Assembly: GCA_021413775.1 (NCBI GenBank)
Contig: JAIOPS010000026.1
Span: 1 to 63,833, forward strand
From: Candidatus Kaiserbacteria bacterium
GTDB taxonomy: Bacteria; Patescibacteriota; Minisyncoccia; Phycocordibacterales; UBA2100
Direction: 5' to 3'
Length of the DNA: 63,833 nucleotides
Of the stretch, positions 34,851 to 44,091 are shown in pieces. The notes beneath the pieces were generated by a model. It was not told where the DNA came from, did not search any database, and worked only from the letters and a program-made list of their open reading frames with translations. Position numbers and translations under genes: made by a program. Position 1 is the stretch's first letter, and every line of letters starts with the position of its first letter.

Positions 34851-35255
34851 ATGACAAAAATCATGCTCAGCGGAGTTGTCGTACTCGGTATTTTTTCCGG
34901 CATCCTTATGACGTACGTCGCCCTCGAACCGACCGACTCCGCACTGACACTCGAAACACCGCCGCCCTACCCCGAGAGCATCCAGGTGGCGGGTATTCTC
35001 ACATCGCGCGATACTGAGACTAAAAAAATCACGATTCTTATGGTGAGCCCGTATTTACGCTCCGAGAGAGTTCCTGTCCAAATCACCTACAACGACCAAA
35101 CTACGCTGCGCATAGCGCCGAGCGAAAGCCCACTAGAATCGCTGGCCTCAGTCGATGAGCATCGACTTGGGCCCGGCACGCGCGTTCTCGTCTTCGTGGC
35201 TCGGGAGCCCGGCCCGCTGCGTGCCGACATGTTGGTTGTGCCCGAAAATCTATGA
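34851..35255 (+). CDS. membrane-anchored hypothetical protein (134 aa)
   Basis: N-terminal TM helix. TATACT lies 7 nt upstream of the ATG. ATGA overlap with the next gene. Confidence 0.55.
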   Translation: MTKIMLSGVVVLGIFSGILMTYVALEPTDSALTLETPPPYPESIQVAGILTSRDTETKKITILMVSPYLRSERVPVQITYNDQTTLRIAPSESPLESLASVDEHRLGPGTRVLVFVAREPGPLRADMLVVPENL

Positions 35256-35701
35256 CCAGGCGCACCCTTTACCGTATAGCGTTCGTATTTCTTGCCTCTG
35301 CATTGCTGGGAACCTATGTCTTCTTATTCCTCGTTGCTCCTTTCCTTTTGGCAAAAGGTGGGAAAGTACTTTCGGAAATACGGAAAACTGTCACGACCAG
35401 CGCAAGAATGGTATATGGAACAGTAACCGCAGTTGACAGTGTGAATCAATCCATCGACATCGATATCCAGAGCCCGTTCGGGAACGGAGTGGTACACCTC
35501 CACTTGAACATCCTGCAGCCCTCTTTTATCGCGCGTCAGGACCTGGTCGCGGGACCCGAGGGAATATTTAACTCCCTCACCGAACCAAAACTCGCGCCGC
35601 TCTCTGACATGCACCCGGGAGATAGAGCAGCCTTACTGATCAGTCGCGATGCCAACCTTCGCGTCGGGACGTACTACATAATTTTCGGCAATCCCCTCTA
35701 A
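35252..35701 (+). CDS. membrane-anchored hypothetical protein (149 aa), distant paralogue of 34851-35255
   Basis: Same architecture: a TM helix plus a beta-rich domain of about 100 aa. Confidence 0.55.
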   Translation: MTRRTLYRIAFVFLASALLGTYVFLFLVAPFLLAKGGKVLSEIRKTVTTSARMVYGTVTAVDSVNQSIDIDIQSPFGNGVVHLHLNILQPSFIARQDLVAGPEGIFNSLTEPKLAPLSDMHPGDRAALLISRDANLRVGTYYIIFGNPL

Positions 35702-35879
35702 AAGCACGTCTGTCGCATAAAAAGCGAGAGGTGCCCAGCGAAATTCCGCTGACACCGGCATCCTGAGGACTGTCGCGCAAATATGATATGCTGGAGTCTG
35801 CTAGAACGTTACGTGCCGGTCGTGCATTCGCGCGACACCAACATACAGATACGCAATCAAGCCGAAAAGGATCTCTTCG

Positions 35880-36857
35880 ATGCGTCATACAATCGCTATT
35901 CTCTCGATCATCGCAACAATGGCCGGTTTCCCGGTTCCGGCAGGAGCCCAGTGGCCCGAGCGGGCGATTAAAGTCGTGGTCCCCTTTCCGGCAGCGATTG
36001 CCTACGACAAAATCATCACGGATGCTCTCGCCGAAAAGCTCGGAGTACCGGTGTACCTCGAAATTGTCCCGGGCGCCGGCGGGACGATAGCGCTCCAGCG
36101 GATGATGGAGTCGCCCGCTGACGGATACACGCTCGGGCACGGGGCAGGTCCGAATATGATTCTGTCTTTGTGGAAACATCCTCCCTACGACCCGCTCAAC
36201 ATGACCGTCATCGGTCCCACCACCGCATTCCCTCCGCCCGTTCTGTTCGTCCGGAAGTCCTATAAAGGTTCTCTCAAGGACTTCGTGGAGGAGGCGCGCA
36301 AAACAGGATCGGAGATATCGTGGGGTTCCGGTAACCGCAATACGGCATCCATGGCCGGCTTGCAGTTCCTTTCGCTCGCGGGAATAAAAGGGGCGACACT
36401 CGTCCCCTCATCTCCGGCGAGCGGGGCAAATCAGTCACTCATCGAGGTTCTGGCCGGACGCTATGCATTCGGCGTTGAAGCCGGTTCGTTCGTGCTTCCC
36501 CAGACTGCGGAAGGGGGCGGTTTGCGGGTACTCACGGTTCTCAGCAATCGGCGCCACTGGATGTTTCCCGATGTCCCGACGCCGCAAGAAGCCGGACTGC
36601 AAGGCAACTTCGAACTGTACGTCATGAACTGTTTCTTGTCACCGAAGGGCACGCCGCCCGAAATCGTACTCCGGCTCCGGCAGGCACTCTACGAAGTGAT
36701 GAGCAATGCTGATGTCGAGAAAAGGTTGCGCGTAATCTACAATGAACCGATTGTGGTTCCTCCGGAACAGATGGAGACCCGCGTTCGGCAATGGCTTACG
36801 ACCGAAACCAATAATTGGAATCGGATTATCGAGAAAAACGGGCTCCCGCTGCAGTGA
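35880..36857 (+). CDS. Bug/TctC-family (tripartite tricarboxylate transporter) extracytoplasmic solute receptor
   Basis: Signal peptide, then WPERAIKVVVPFPAA...VPGAGGTIALQRMMESPADGYTLG, typical of the Bug family. Confidence 0.7.
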   Translation: MRHTIAILSIIATMAGFPVPAGAQWPERAIKVVVPFPAAIAYDKIITDALAEKLGVPVYLEIVPGAGGTIALQRMMESPADGYTLGHGAGPNMILSLWKHPPYDPLNMTVIGPTTAFPPPVLFVRKSYKGSLKDFVEEARKTGSEISWGSGNRNTASMAGLQFLSLAGIKGATLVPSSPASGANQSLIEVLAGRYAFGVEAGSFVLPQTAEGGGLRVLTVLSNRRHWMFPDVPTPQEAGLQGNFELYVMNCFLSPKGTPPEIVLRLRQALYEVMSNADVEKRLRVIYNEPIVVPPEQMETRVRQWLTTETNNWNRIIEKNGLPLQ

Positions 36858-36875
36858 GCGGCGGAGCATCCTCTG

Positions 36876-36907
36876 AGCCCGGCGGCATACCCGCCGGGCT
36901 TTTTTTT
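36876..36907 (+). terminator. intrinsic terminator
   Basis: 10-bp stem agcccggcgg/ccgccgggct (loop catac), then T7. Confidence 0.85.
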
Positions 36908-36912
36908 AATCG

Positions 36913-36940
36913 TTGTGCAGCTCTTATGCTTTGTTATTCT
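36913..36940 (+). promoter_or_regulatory. promoter of the 36947-38895 gene pair, apparently leaderless
   Basis: TTGTGC (36913-36918), 16 nt spacer, TGtTATTCT (-10 at 36935-36940), 6 nt, then ATG 36947. Confidence 0.45.
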
Positions 36941-36946
36941 TTCGTG

Positions 36947-37648
36947 ATGAACGGACATTCCGTATTTCCGCTGTCGTGGGGGCCCAGACCGCCTGTCGCG
37001 GACGAGTCGTACGACTGGGTTACAAACTCGTTCGGACCAAGCGACCCGCGTGCGCTCGACATTGTCCCGGTGAAATGTGACGAACCGTGGGAAACTCTGG
37101 AGACGTTCACACGGAAATGTGCACCGCATCTCGTACTGGGACTTTTTCCCGCCTTCTTGCAGATAGATACCCGCTTTCACCGCGCTATACACTCATTGGG
37201 CCTTCCCGTATGCACGATGGTTGAAGAGCAGGCGAAGATTGCGGCCGCAGTCGTCGGGCATCTGGATATAGGCGGCGTCGTACTCTTACAATCTGCGTGT
37301 ACAGTATTCGAAAGAGAGCTTGCGAAGTTTAAGCCGGCTATGACTGTCCGGTATCTGGCGATTCTCGCACCGGAAGAGCGGCCCGGGATTGCGCACGGTG
37401 AAATAGATATTCTTTTTGAACTCCATCTCGTACCGGGAATTGTCGGCCTCTTCCAATGCGAACAGGCGCGCGACAGCGCAAGGATTTTCCACCCCAATGA
37501 TCGATTCGTGTGGGAGTTTGCCGATTCGAAAGCATGGGTGAGCGACAACGACGGCCGCCGCTTCTCTCATGCGGAAATTCCTCAGCCGGTTTTTCCGCAT
37601 GAGACCCAATGCGCATGCGGGAGAAGCACATCACTCCGGCTCAATTGA
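36947..37648 (+). CDS. PaaK-superfamily-like protein lacking the P-loop (N-domain only, ends in CACGR)
   Basis: The start follows the terminator and promoter. There is no TSGTTG motif. The C-terminus ...HETQCACGRSTSLRLN resembles the CxCGR element of PaaK/F390-synthetase-type enzymes. Confidence 0.45.
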   Translation: MNGHSVFPLSWGPRPPVADESYDWVTNSFGPSDPRALDIVPVKCDEPWETLETFTRKCAPHLVLGLFPAFLQIDTRFHRAIHSLGLPVCTMVEEQAKIAAAVVGHLDIGGVVLLQSACTVFERELAKFKPAMTVRYLAILAPEERPGIAHGEIDILFELHLVPGIVGLFQCEQARDSARIFHPNDRFVWEFADSKAWVSDNDGRRFSHAEIPQPVFPHETQCACGRSTSLRLN

Positions 37649-37650
37649 CT

Positions 37651-38895
37651 ATGTCGACTCTCATCCAATTGCGCAGAAAAATTCATGAGGTACTGCATTC
37701 CCCGTATTCAGACTTCTATCGAAACCTCTACCGGGGAAAAGTGTCTCTCAACGACGGGTTCCCCGGCTCATGGGAAGAGTGGACATCACTTCCGCTGCTT
37801 ACGAAAGCTGATCTGCAACACGTGCCGTATCAGCAACGACTCTATGTCCCCAAGGAAAAAATCTATCGCATACATCAGACATCCGGGACCACCGGCGCGG
37901 GCATAACGGTACTTCCCCGGACCCGCACTCCTTACCACAAACAAGCTCTTGCGCATTTCAACGCCGCGTCCTATATCGGGTTTATGTATCCGCACAGCGG
38001 GTACGAAATGTTCACGCCCCCGGGTTCGCAATTTATCGGCGGCGACCCGGCGAGACTCCAGGCTTCCGCTGTACTTGCATCCAGAATCGCCGCAGAGGGT
38101 ATAGCCGTGGCATCGGCGTCGCTCGCCATCGAATTTGCGTCCGAGTTGCAAAAAAGCCTCGACCTTTTATCAATAAAACATATTCTTCTCCAGGGCGATA
38201 TTTGTACACGTCTGCAGCGCAAGGCCCTCTCCCGGCTCTACCCGAACGCCAAGATAACGATGATATATCTGTGCGCCGAAATGCAGGGTGTGGCCGTATT
38301 CCCCGCTCTCCCCGCTATTCCCGATGAACCGAACGGACTGGAGCCTTCAAGCGATATCTATGCAGAACTCGCGGATGAACGCGGTGGAATCATTTCCGAA
38401 CCGAACACCGAAGGAAATCTGATTGTGTCCGTTCTTCAGGACGGTATGGCACTTCCGCTACTGCGCTACACTCCAGGAGATCGGGCGACATTTCTCGTCC
38501 ACGACGAGACACGAACGGTCTTTAAAGTCGTCGGAAGAAACGTCAATGACCGCCTCCGCCTTTCTGTAGGACAAATTGTGCTCCGGGAACTCGAGCGGGC
38601 AGTTGAAATGAGCGTGCCTGACTCCGTAACGGATTTCCAGGCGACCCTGGAAGAAAGCGGAATTCCTCCCTTGCCATTTCTTTCACTTACGCTGTACGGT
38701 AGCGCCAGTTCGGCCCAAAATTCCGAAGCAATTGCCCGTCTGATACAGGAAAATCTACGCATTACACCGGAGAGGACATACGCAGACGGCATGGCGAGAG
38801 GAATATGTGCACCGATTGTCTGCACGGTTTCTGCGCCGGAGATGCACGGCGTGCCGCAAAAAAGACAGCGGCTCGTTGACGGACGAGCGCGCTGA
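37651..38895 (+). CDS. phenylacetate-CoA ligase/coenzyme F390 synthetase-like adenylate-forming enzyme
   Basis: ATG lies 3 nt after the previous stop. Motifs SPYSDFYRNLY, LLTKADL, the P-loop QTSGTTGAG and RYTPGDRA. Confidence 0.65.
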   Translation: MSTLIQLRRKIHEVLHSPYSDFYRNLYRGKVSLNDGFPGSWEEWTSLPLLTKADLQHVPYQQRLYVPKEKIYRIHQTSGTTGAGITVLPRTRTPYHKQALAHFNAASYIGFMYPHSGYEMFTPPGSQFIGGDPARLQASAVLASRIAAEGIAVASASLAIEFASELQKSLDLLSIKHILLQGDICTRLQRKALSRLYPNAKITMIYLCAEMQGVAVFPALPAIPDEPNGLEPSSDIYAELADERGGIISEPNTEGNLIVSVLQDGMALPLLRYTPGDRATFLVHDETRTVFKVVGRNVNDRLRLSVGQIVLRELERAVEMSVPDSVTDFQATLEESGIPPLPFLSLTLYGSASSAQNSEAIARLIQENLRITPERTYADGMARGICAPIVCTVSAPEMHGVPQKRQRLVDGRAR

Positions 38896-38925
38896 GTGCA
38901 CCACCGGTTTTACTCTTCGCTCTAC

Positions 38926-40035
38926 CTACATCGCAGCCTTGAGGCCGCTTTGAATTTCTTCAACAAGACCGTCGAATTGCGGGTCGAGTTCCTTGCGAAG
39001 CGGGGCCAACGCCTCTTTGAAGACATTTCTCTGTTCCGGCGTCAGCCGGATAATCGTGGTGCCGTTCTTTTCGAGGAGTGCGCGCATCGAATCTTCGTAT
39101 GCGATATTATCCTGCTTCTCCGCAACTGCGGCATCATGCACAGCGTCCTTAAGAGCAGTCTGGTCTTTCGGTGACAGAGAGTCGTAGAAGCCCGTACTCA
39201 CAAGGACAATGGTGAGCGACATACTATGATTGGTCTCCGTTACATATTTAATGAATGTCGGATTCGCCTCGAGGAGCGGTGCCAGACGACTATAGGTAGT
39301 CTCCACTGCGTCAGCAGTCTTCAACTTCACGAGATCAGGAGTGAACTCCAGTTTCGGGTCTTGCACCGGGTTAGCTCCCAGCGCGCGTGTCGTGCCCTGA
39401 ATCACCGGTCCGCCTGCCCCGCTCAAAATTTCCATGCCCTTCATATCCTCCGGCGTCAGTATCTTTTTGTCTTTGGATACGAAAATCCTGAATCCGCCGC
39501 TCATAGTAAAGGCGAGCGGTTTGTATTTGGGAATTTTAAGCGCCAGGTCATTCAGCAATTTTTCTCCGCCGGGTCCATCGAGGAACTTGAGAGCAGAATC
39601 ATAATCATCAAATAAGAAGGGCAGATCGAGCACGCGTACACTGAAAGAATACGTCCCACCGAGGTGTCCGACGTATTCTGAAATCATCCGCGGATGCCCC
39701 GGTGTCTCGCTGTCAATGTATGCAGTAAAATCATGCCCTGTAGTGTACGACGGCGGCAACACATCATCAGGCAGCACAGTTCGTTCAAGTGACACGTCTC
39801 CGCCGCTTTTTACTGAAATTTCTTTCGAGAACACGTCAGCCGCCCGTGCAAACAAAACGGTTGGCGGATGAGGCAAAAGCCAGGTAATGGCCGCCTTTGC
39901 AGCGGGCTCCTTCTGTGCGCTCGACGCAAAAGTGTTCCAACCGAACAGAAGGAGCAGGGCGCATACAACGAGAATCCCCAGATAAACGAGCAAGCGCTTT
40001 GCACTAAACTGACCAGTGTTTCCTTGCTCGGACAT
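38926..40035 (-). CDS. TRAP transporter DctP-type solute-binding protein (TM-anchored)
   Basis: ATG at 40035 and an N-terminal TM anchor. LDLPFLFDDYDSALKFLDGPGG, TPEDMKGMEI, ALGANPV and VTETNHS match the DctP family pattern. Confidence 0.7.
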   Translation of the reverse strand: MSEQGNTGQFSAKRLLVYLGILVVCALLLLFGWNTFASSAQKEPAAKAAITWLLPHPPTVLFARAADVFSKEISVKSGGDVSLERTVLPDDVLPPSYTTGHDFTAYIDSETPGHPRMISEYVGHLGGTYSFSVRVLDLPFLFDDYDSALKFLDGPGGEKLLNDLALKIPKYKPLAFTMSGGFRIFVSKDKKILTPEDMKGMEILSGAGGPVIQGTTRALGANPVQDPKLEFTPDLVKLKTADAVETTYSRLAPLLEANPTFIKYVTETNHSMSLTIVLVSTGFYDSLSPKDQTALKDAVHDAAVAEKQDNIAYEDSMRALLEKNGTTIIRLTPEQRNVFKEALAPLRKELDPQFDGLVEEIQSGLKAAM

Positions 40036-40134
40036 GTCCTTACATAATAGTACGCACGACTGCAATTGCATAGCTGCTCTGTGGATTAAGCCTTGTTCAC
40101 ATGCTGTGCTGCACGGAAATTTCAATAGGTTGCC

Positions 40135-41379
40135 TTACGAACCTACACCCTGATGACGTGCGAGCATGTCTTCAGTACTGAAAATCGGAGGTTTCTCGAG
40201 AGGGACAGTGAGCGCGTTGTAGGAATACAGCCAGCCGTTCCGGTCCTTGCCTTCGTTGGCAGCAGCGTATGCCCCTCTAATCTCCCCTTCGGTGCGAAGC
40301 TCGAATGTCGCCCGATTCGCTTCGGTGCGTTCAGTGGCATGTGCCGTTCGCGTCATCCTATTATATTGATACATGTGCAATGCTTCACTGACATCAGCGG
40401 CTTTGAGCAGTGAGCGGGTGAAAATGACCGCATCCTCCATCGCCATACCGGCGCCCTGCGCGAGGAACGGCAGCGCCGGATGTGCGGCATCACCCAAAAG
40501 AGTCGCCCGGTGCGTGCTCCAGTTGCGCGCCGGCTGCCGGCTAAAGAGTGACCAACGATAACATTGATCTTTCGAGGCCGAATCGATAATCGCCTGGATG
40601 GAGGGGTGCCACCCTTCGAAATCCTTCTTCAACGCGCTCCACGACGACTTGCGCGTCCACGCCTCCTCCGACGCCTCGGGGACCTGAACCTCGCCACAGA
40701 AATTCATGAGCGACCCGCCACGTACGTAGTAGCAGATTGCATGTGTGCCACCGCCGATAAAAATAGAGGTCACCTGATCGAGGCGGAGCTCTGCCGGAAT
40801 GTCCTCGCTCGGGACGAGAATCCGCCATGCGGTAATACCCGTATACTCCGTGCGGAAGCCTCCGATAATCTGTTTGCTGACCGCGGATTTGACACCATCG
40901 GCTCCGAGCAAGACATCGCCGCGCGCGGTCGACCCGTCCGCAAAGCGGAGCTCGACGCTGTCCGCCTGTTCTGCAAAGCCTGTCGCTTTCTTGTTTAAAT
41001 GTACCGCATCCCGTTTCAATTCACGGACCTTGGCCACCAAAAGCGCCTGCAGATCGGCACGATGAATCTGAACGAACGGAGCCCCGTGGCGCTGCAGATG
41101 TTCATCGAAAAGCGGGAATTGATGTATCACTTCCCCGGTATCATGGAGGCGAAATTCGTATCCCTTTGCGCGTACCCCGGCCCGCATGACAGCCTCTTCG
41201 AGTCCCACATGCCTCATGATATGCATGGCATTGGCCGGCAACTGCACACCGGCACCTACCTCTTTGAGCACCCGCGCCTGTTCAAACACGTCAACATCGA
41301 AACCTTCTTTCAAGAGACATGCGGCTGCGGTAAGTCCGCCGATACCCGCTCCAGCGATAAGTATTTTCTTACGTTTCAT
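40135..41379 (-). CDS. class A FAD-dependent aromatic hydroxylase (salicylate/3-hydroxybenzoate hydroxylase-like)
   Basis: ILIAGAGIGGLTAA (GxGxxG), LLGADGVKSAV (DG) and LLGDAAHPALPFLAQGAGMAMEDA (GD) motifs. Confidence 0.8.
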   Translation of the reverse strand: MKRKKILIAGAGIGGLTAAACLLKEGFDVDVFEQARVLKEVGAGVQLPANAMHIMRHVGLEEAVMRAGVRAKGYEFRLHDTGEVIHQFPLFDEHLQRHGAPFVQIHRADLQALLVAKVRELKRDAVHLNKKATGFAEQADSVELRFADGSTARGDVLLGADGVKSAVSKQIIGGFRTEYTGITAWRILVPSEDIPAELRLDQVTSIFIGGGTHAICYYVRGGSLMNFCGEVQVPEASEEAWTRKSSWSALKKDFEGWHPSIQAIIDSASKDQCYRWSLFSRQPARNWSTHRATLLGDAAHPALPFLAQGAGMAMEDAVIFTRSLLKAADVSEALHMYQYNRMTRTAHATERTEANRATFELRTEGEIRGAYAAANEGKDRNGWLYSYNALTVPLEKPPIFSTEDMLARHQGVGS

Positions 41380-41601
41380 ACAGGATTCTACCTACGGACA
41401 AAATCATCGTATCACAGGAGGCACGTGTGCCGGAGTGGCCCGGAACAAGGCATTGAAAGATTGTCTCAGGAGTATACAATTCACACATGGAGGAATCCTC
41501 TCCCAACGAAGCCTCAAGCCAAGACACCGCGAAAAGCGCTCAAACAGAGATCGCTCCCGAAGATATTTTTCACTTCGTTGCGTGCGTTGGCTTTTTTTAG
41601 T

Positions 41602-42966
41602 CTATAAGAAGCCTCGCTCCTTCCACGAATTCACACGATTCATCCCACCGCGAATCATTTCCCGGAGCATATCTTTCGTCACTGTCGGATAGACCTCTTC
41701 AATCCCTTTATGCAGTGACTGATCAGCGCCGACTCTCCCACTCCCAATGAATGAGGCTTTTTCTGGCAGCCTCCAGACACTGCCGTTGAACGGAAGGAAG
41801 TAGAGACTGAGATGCGCGTGCGCGACGAGCGCCGCTCCGAGAGGATACACGGAAAGGGCGCCGAGACCCGTGCGCGCTTTCGCAGCCTGGACCTGAAGCC
41901 CGACCTCTTCCACGAAGGTCATGAGCAGATAATCGAGCATGCTCGATCGCTGTTTCGCGACGAGCTCGCGATTGAGATGTGCTCTGCGCTGCATATCCGC
42001 AATCGTCAATACGTCCATCCAATATTGCTGGTCTCGCATCGTATAGAAACGTGTTCCTGTCTGCATCCAATAAGGCACATTGCGATCAATCGCAGTTTGG
42101 AACAGTGCTTTTCCGATCCAGCCATATCGCGCATTACTGGTCCCCACGGGCAAGAAATAAAACCGGTCCACGGGCTCTACTCGCACAAACGTATAATTTG
42201 TCATGCGGTTCTGCAGCATGTATACGATGAACTGCCGGTCGGTCGGCTGCCCGTCAAAATTCGAGAGCCGGACCGTTATTGGGCCGTGCTGCTCGATGAT
42301 GATCGATTCCTCGGCATGACGCTCAGTGTTGAGTTCCGACATCGTCATTCCGATCTCAGACAACGGATCTCCTGTCCTTCCCTCGACCGGCTGTGTCGGA
42401 GCGGGCGGATTATATTCAGACGCCGATTCGCGAAGGAGCACAGTTCGAACGGCAACGTCTTTCTCCAACGCGACGGCGTTCTGTTTTAATGTCTCAAGCG
42501 CCTGCCAAATATCGGCATGCGTAAAACTATTACCGACCTTGTCGAAAAAGATTTTCTTATCACGAATGAGAATATCGTGCGATAGCACCGCATGGTGCAA
42601 CGCCGTAAAACGGGCGACACTGATCCGATAGGTGCGCGCAGCTTTCTTCCACGACTTCAGGAGGCGCTTGGCGGCCGCTTCGGAAGGTTGCGAGAGAAAT
42701 CTCCGGCGTTCTCTTTCGCATTCGATGAACTGCTTCAGGAATGGGACGGGATAGAGGTGTGTCTGCAGCGGATGCGTCCAGAGATAAGCTTTTTTTGCAT
42801 ACGAAGGTCGGCTGAGATAGCCTCCTATCTCTTTGAGCGACGCCCTCAGCGCATCGAGTGCTACCTCACCGCGTTCAAGATCCATCCCCTCCGCAGCGAA
42901 GAGCGGATCCTTGATTACAGACTCGTAAAAGGCCTGTGATAGCTTGTTTTGCATACCCCACATCAT
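41602..42966 (-). CDS. hypothetical protein (about 454 aa), paralogue of 46339-47982
   Basis: Start trimmed to ATG 42966, because the longer ORF overlaps the Bug gene and its leader. It shares LYP(V/I)xFL(K/R)...ER.R..F(L/I)S and other blocks with 46339-47982. Confidence 0.55.
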   Translation of the reverse strand: MMWGMQNKLSQAFYESVIKDPLFAAEGMDLERGEVALDALRASLKEIGGYLSRPSYAKKAYLWTHPLQTHLYPVPFLKQFIECERERRRFLSQPSEAAAKRLLKSWKKAARTYRISVARFTALHHAVLSHDILIRDKKIFFDKVGNSFTHADIWQALETLKQNAVALEKDVAVRTVLLRESASEYNPPAPTQPVEGRTGDPLSEIGMTMSELNTERHAEESIIIEQHGPITVRLSNFDGQPTDRQFIVYMLQNRMTNYTFVRVEPVDRFYFLPVGTSNARYGWIGKALFQTAIDRNVPYWMQTGTRFYTMRDQQYWMDVLTIADMQRRAHLNRELVAKQRSSMLDYLLMTFVEEVGLQVQAAKARTGLGALSVYPLGAALVAHAHLSLYFLPFNGSVWRLPEKASFIGSGRVGADQSLHKGIEEVYPTVTKDMLREMIRGGMNRVNSWKERGFL

Positions 42967-43084
42967 TCGAAATCCAGTATAGCAGAAGTGAAATCCGTAT
43001 CCTTGAGTTCCTTTGCCATCTGACATAGATTGACGGCAGGTCGTACCGGAAACGGACGACAAAAAAGGACGAAAGGAACTCCGC

Positions 43085-44065
43085 ATGAAAAAACGTCTTA
43101 TGACGCTCGCCGCCTTCGCATTTCTGAGCGTGTTCGCAAACGCCGCACTCGCGGACGGCACAGTCCGCCTCGTCGTCCCGTTCCCCGCGGGATCGATTAC
43201 CGACATCGCGGCGCGCCTGGTTGCACCGAGGCTCTCGGACCAACTCAAGCAGCCGGTCATTATCGATAACCGCACCGGTGCGTACGGCATGATTGCCGCG
43301 CGTGATGTTGCGGTCTCGAAACCCGACGGCCTGACGCTTGGATTCAGCCCCGACGGACCGCTCGCCACCTTGCCCGCAAGCTGCATCGCCCACGGGCAGA
43401 AACTGCTCTATGACCCGACGACATTCTCCACCATCGGATTCGTCGGACGGACCTACTTCGAACTGGTGGTCAGAAAAGACCTTCCGTTCGATACGCTTGG
43501 CCAGTTGATTGAATACGCCCGTAAAAATCCGGGCAAACTCAACTTCGGCTCAGGCACCCCGTCGGCTATTCTCGGTGACGGCATTCTGAACTCGATCGAG
43601 GGCGTCAAGGTGACCGAGATACCTGCAGGACGAGGCGGCGAACCGCAGGTCATCCTTGATATCATGTCGGGGACCGTCGACGCGCTGTTCAGCACGACGT
43701 ACTCGGCTATGCCGTACCTCGAAAACGGCGCACTCAAGTCGCTGGGCACGGTCGGCTCGGTGCGGAATCCGTTCCTTCCGCGTTCTATCACGTTGGCCGA
43801 ACAAGGTTATCCGGCATTCGCTGAAGCCGAGGTCTGGTTCGCTCTTGTCGGGCCTCCGGGACTTCCGGCAAAAGAAATCGAACGCCTGAACACCGCGCTC
43901 AATAAGGCCCTCGATGACAATGAGCTGAAGGATCAGTTGGCGAAATCGCGCGTGACACTCTATTCGACCTCGCCGGCCGCTCCCGCCGCGCAGATTAAAA
44001 AGCAGATCGAGTTCACGGCCAAGCTCATCCGCGAACACGACCTCAAGGTTCCGTGCGGCAGTTGA
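43085..44065 (+). CDS. Bug/TctC-family extracytoplasmic solute receptor
   Basis: Signal peptide MKKRLMTLAAFAFLSVFANAALA, then VRLVVPFPAGSITDIAARLVAPRLSDQLKQPVIIDNRTGAYGMIAA...KPDGLTLG. Confidence 0.75.
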   Translation: MKKRLMTLAAFAFLSVFANAALADGTVRLVVPFPAGSITDIAARLVAPRLSDQLKQPVIIDNRTGAYGMIAARDVAVSKPDGLTLGFSPDGPLATLPASCIAHGQKLLYDPTTFSTIGFVGRTYFELVVRKDLPFDTLGQLIEYARKNPGKLNFGSGTPSAILGDGILNSIEGVKVTEIPAGRGGEPQVILDIMSGTVDALFSTTYSAMPYLENGALKSLGTVGSVRNPFLPRSITLAEQGYPAFAEAEVWFALVGPPGLPAKEIERLNTALNKALDDNELKDQLAKSRVTLYSTSPAAPAAQIKKQIEFTAKLIREHDLKVPCGS

Positions 44066-44091
44066 TGCCGAGACCGGCGCCTACATGAGAA

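Noticed and set aside
36815-36946. Upstream extension of ORF 36815-37648.
   Set aside because: It overlaps the end of the Bug gene and runs through a strong terminator (36876-36907) and the promoter-like TTGTGC-16-TATTCT. ATG 36947 is preferred.
42967-43386. A 140-aa N-terminal extension of ORF 41602-43386.
   Set aside because: It overlaps the start of the well-supported Bug receptor gene (43085) on the other strand and its upstream region. TATACT lies 9 nt before ATG 42966.
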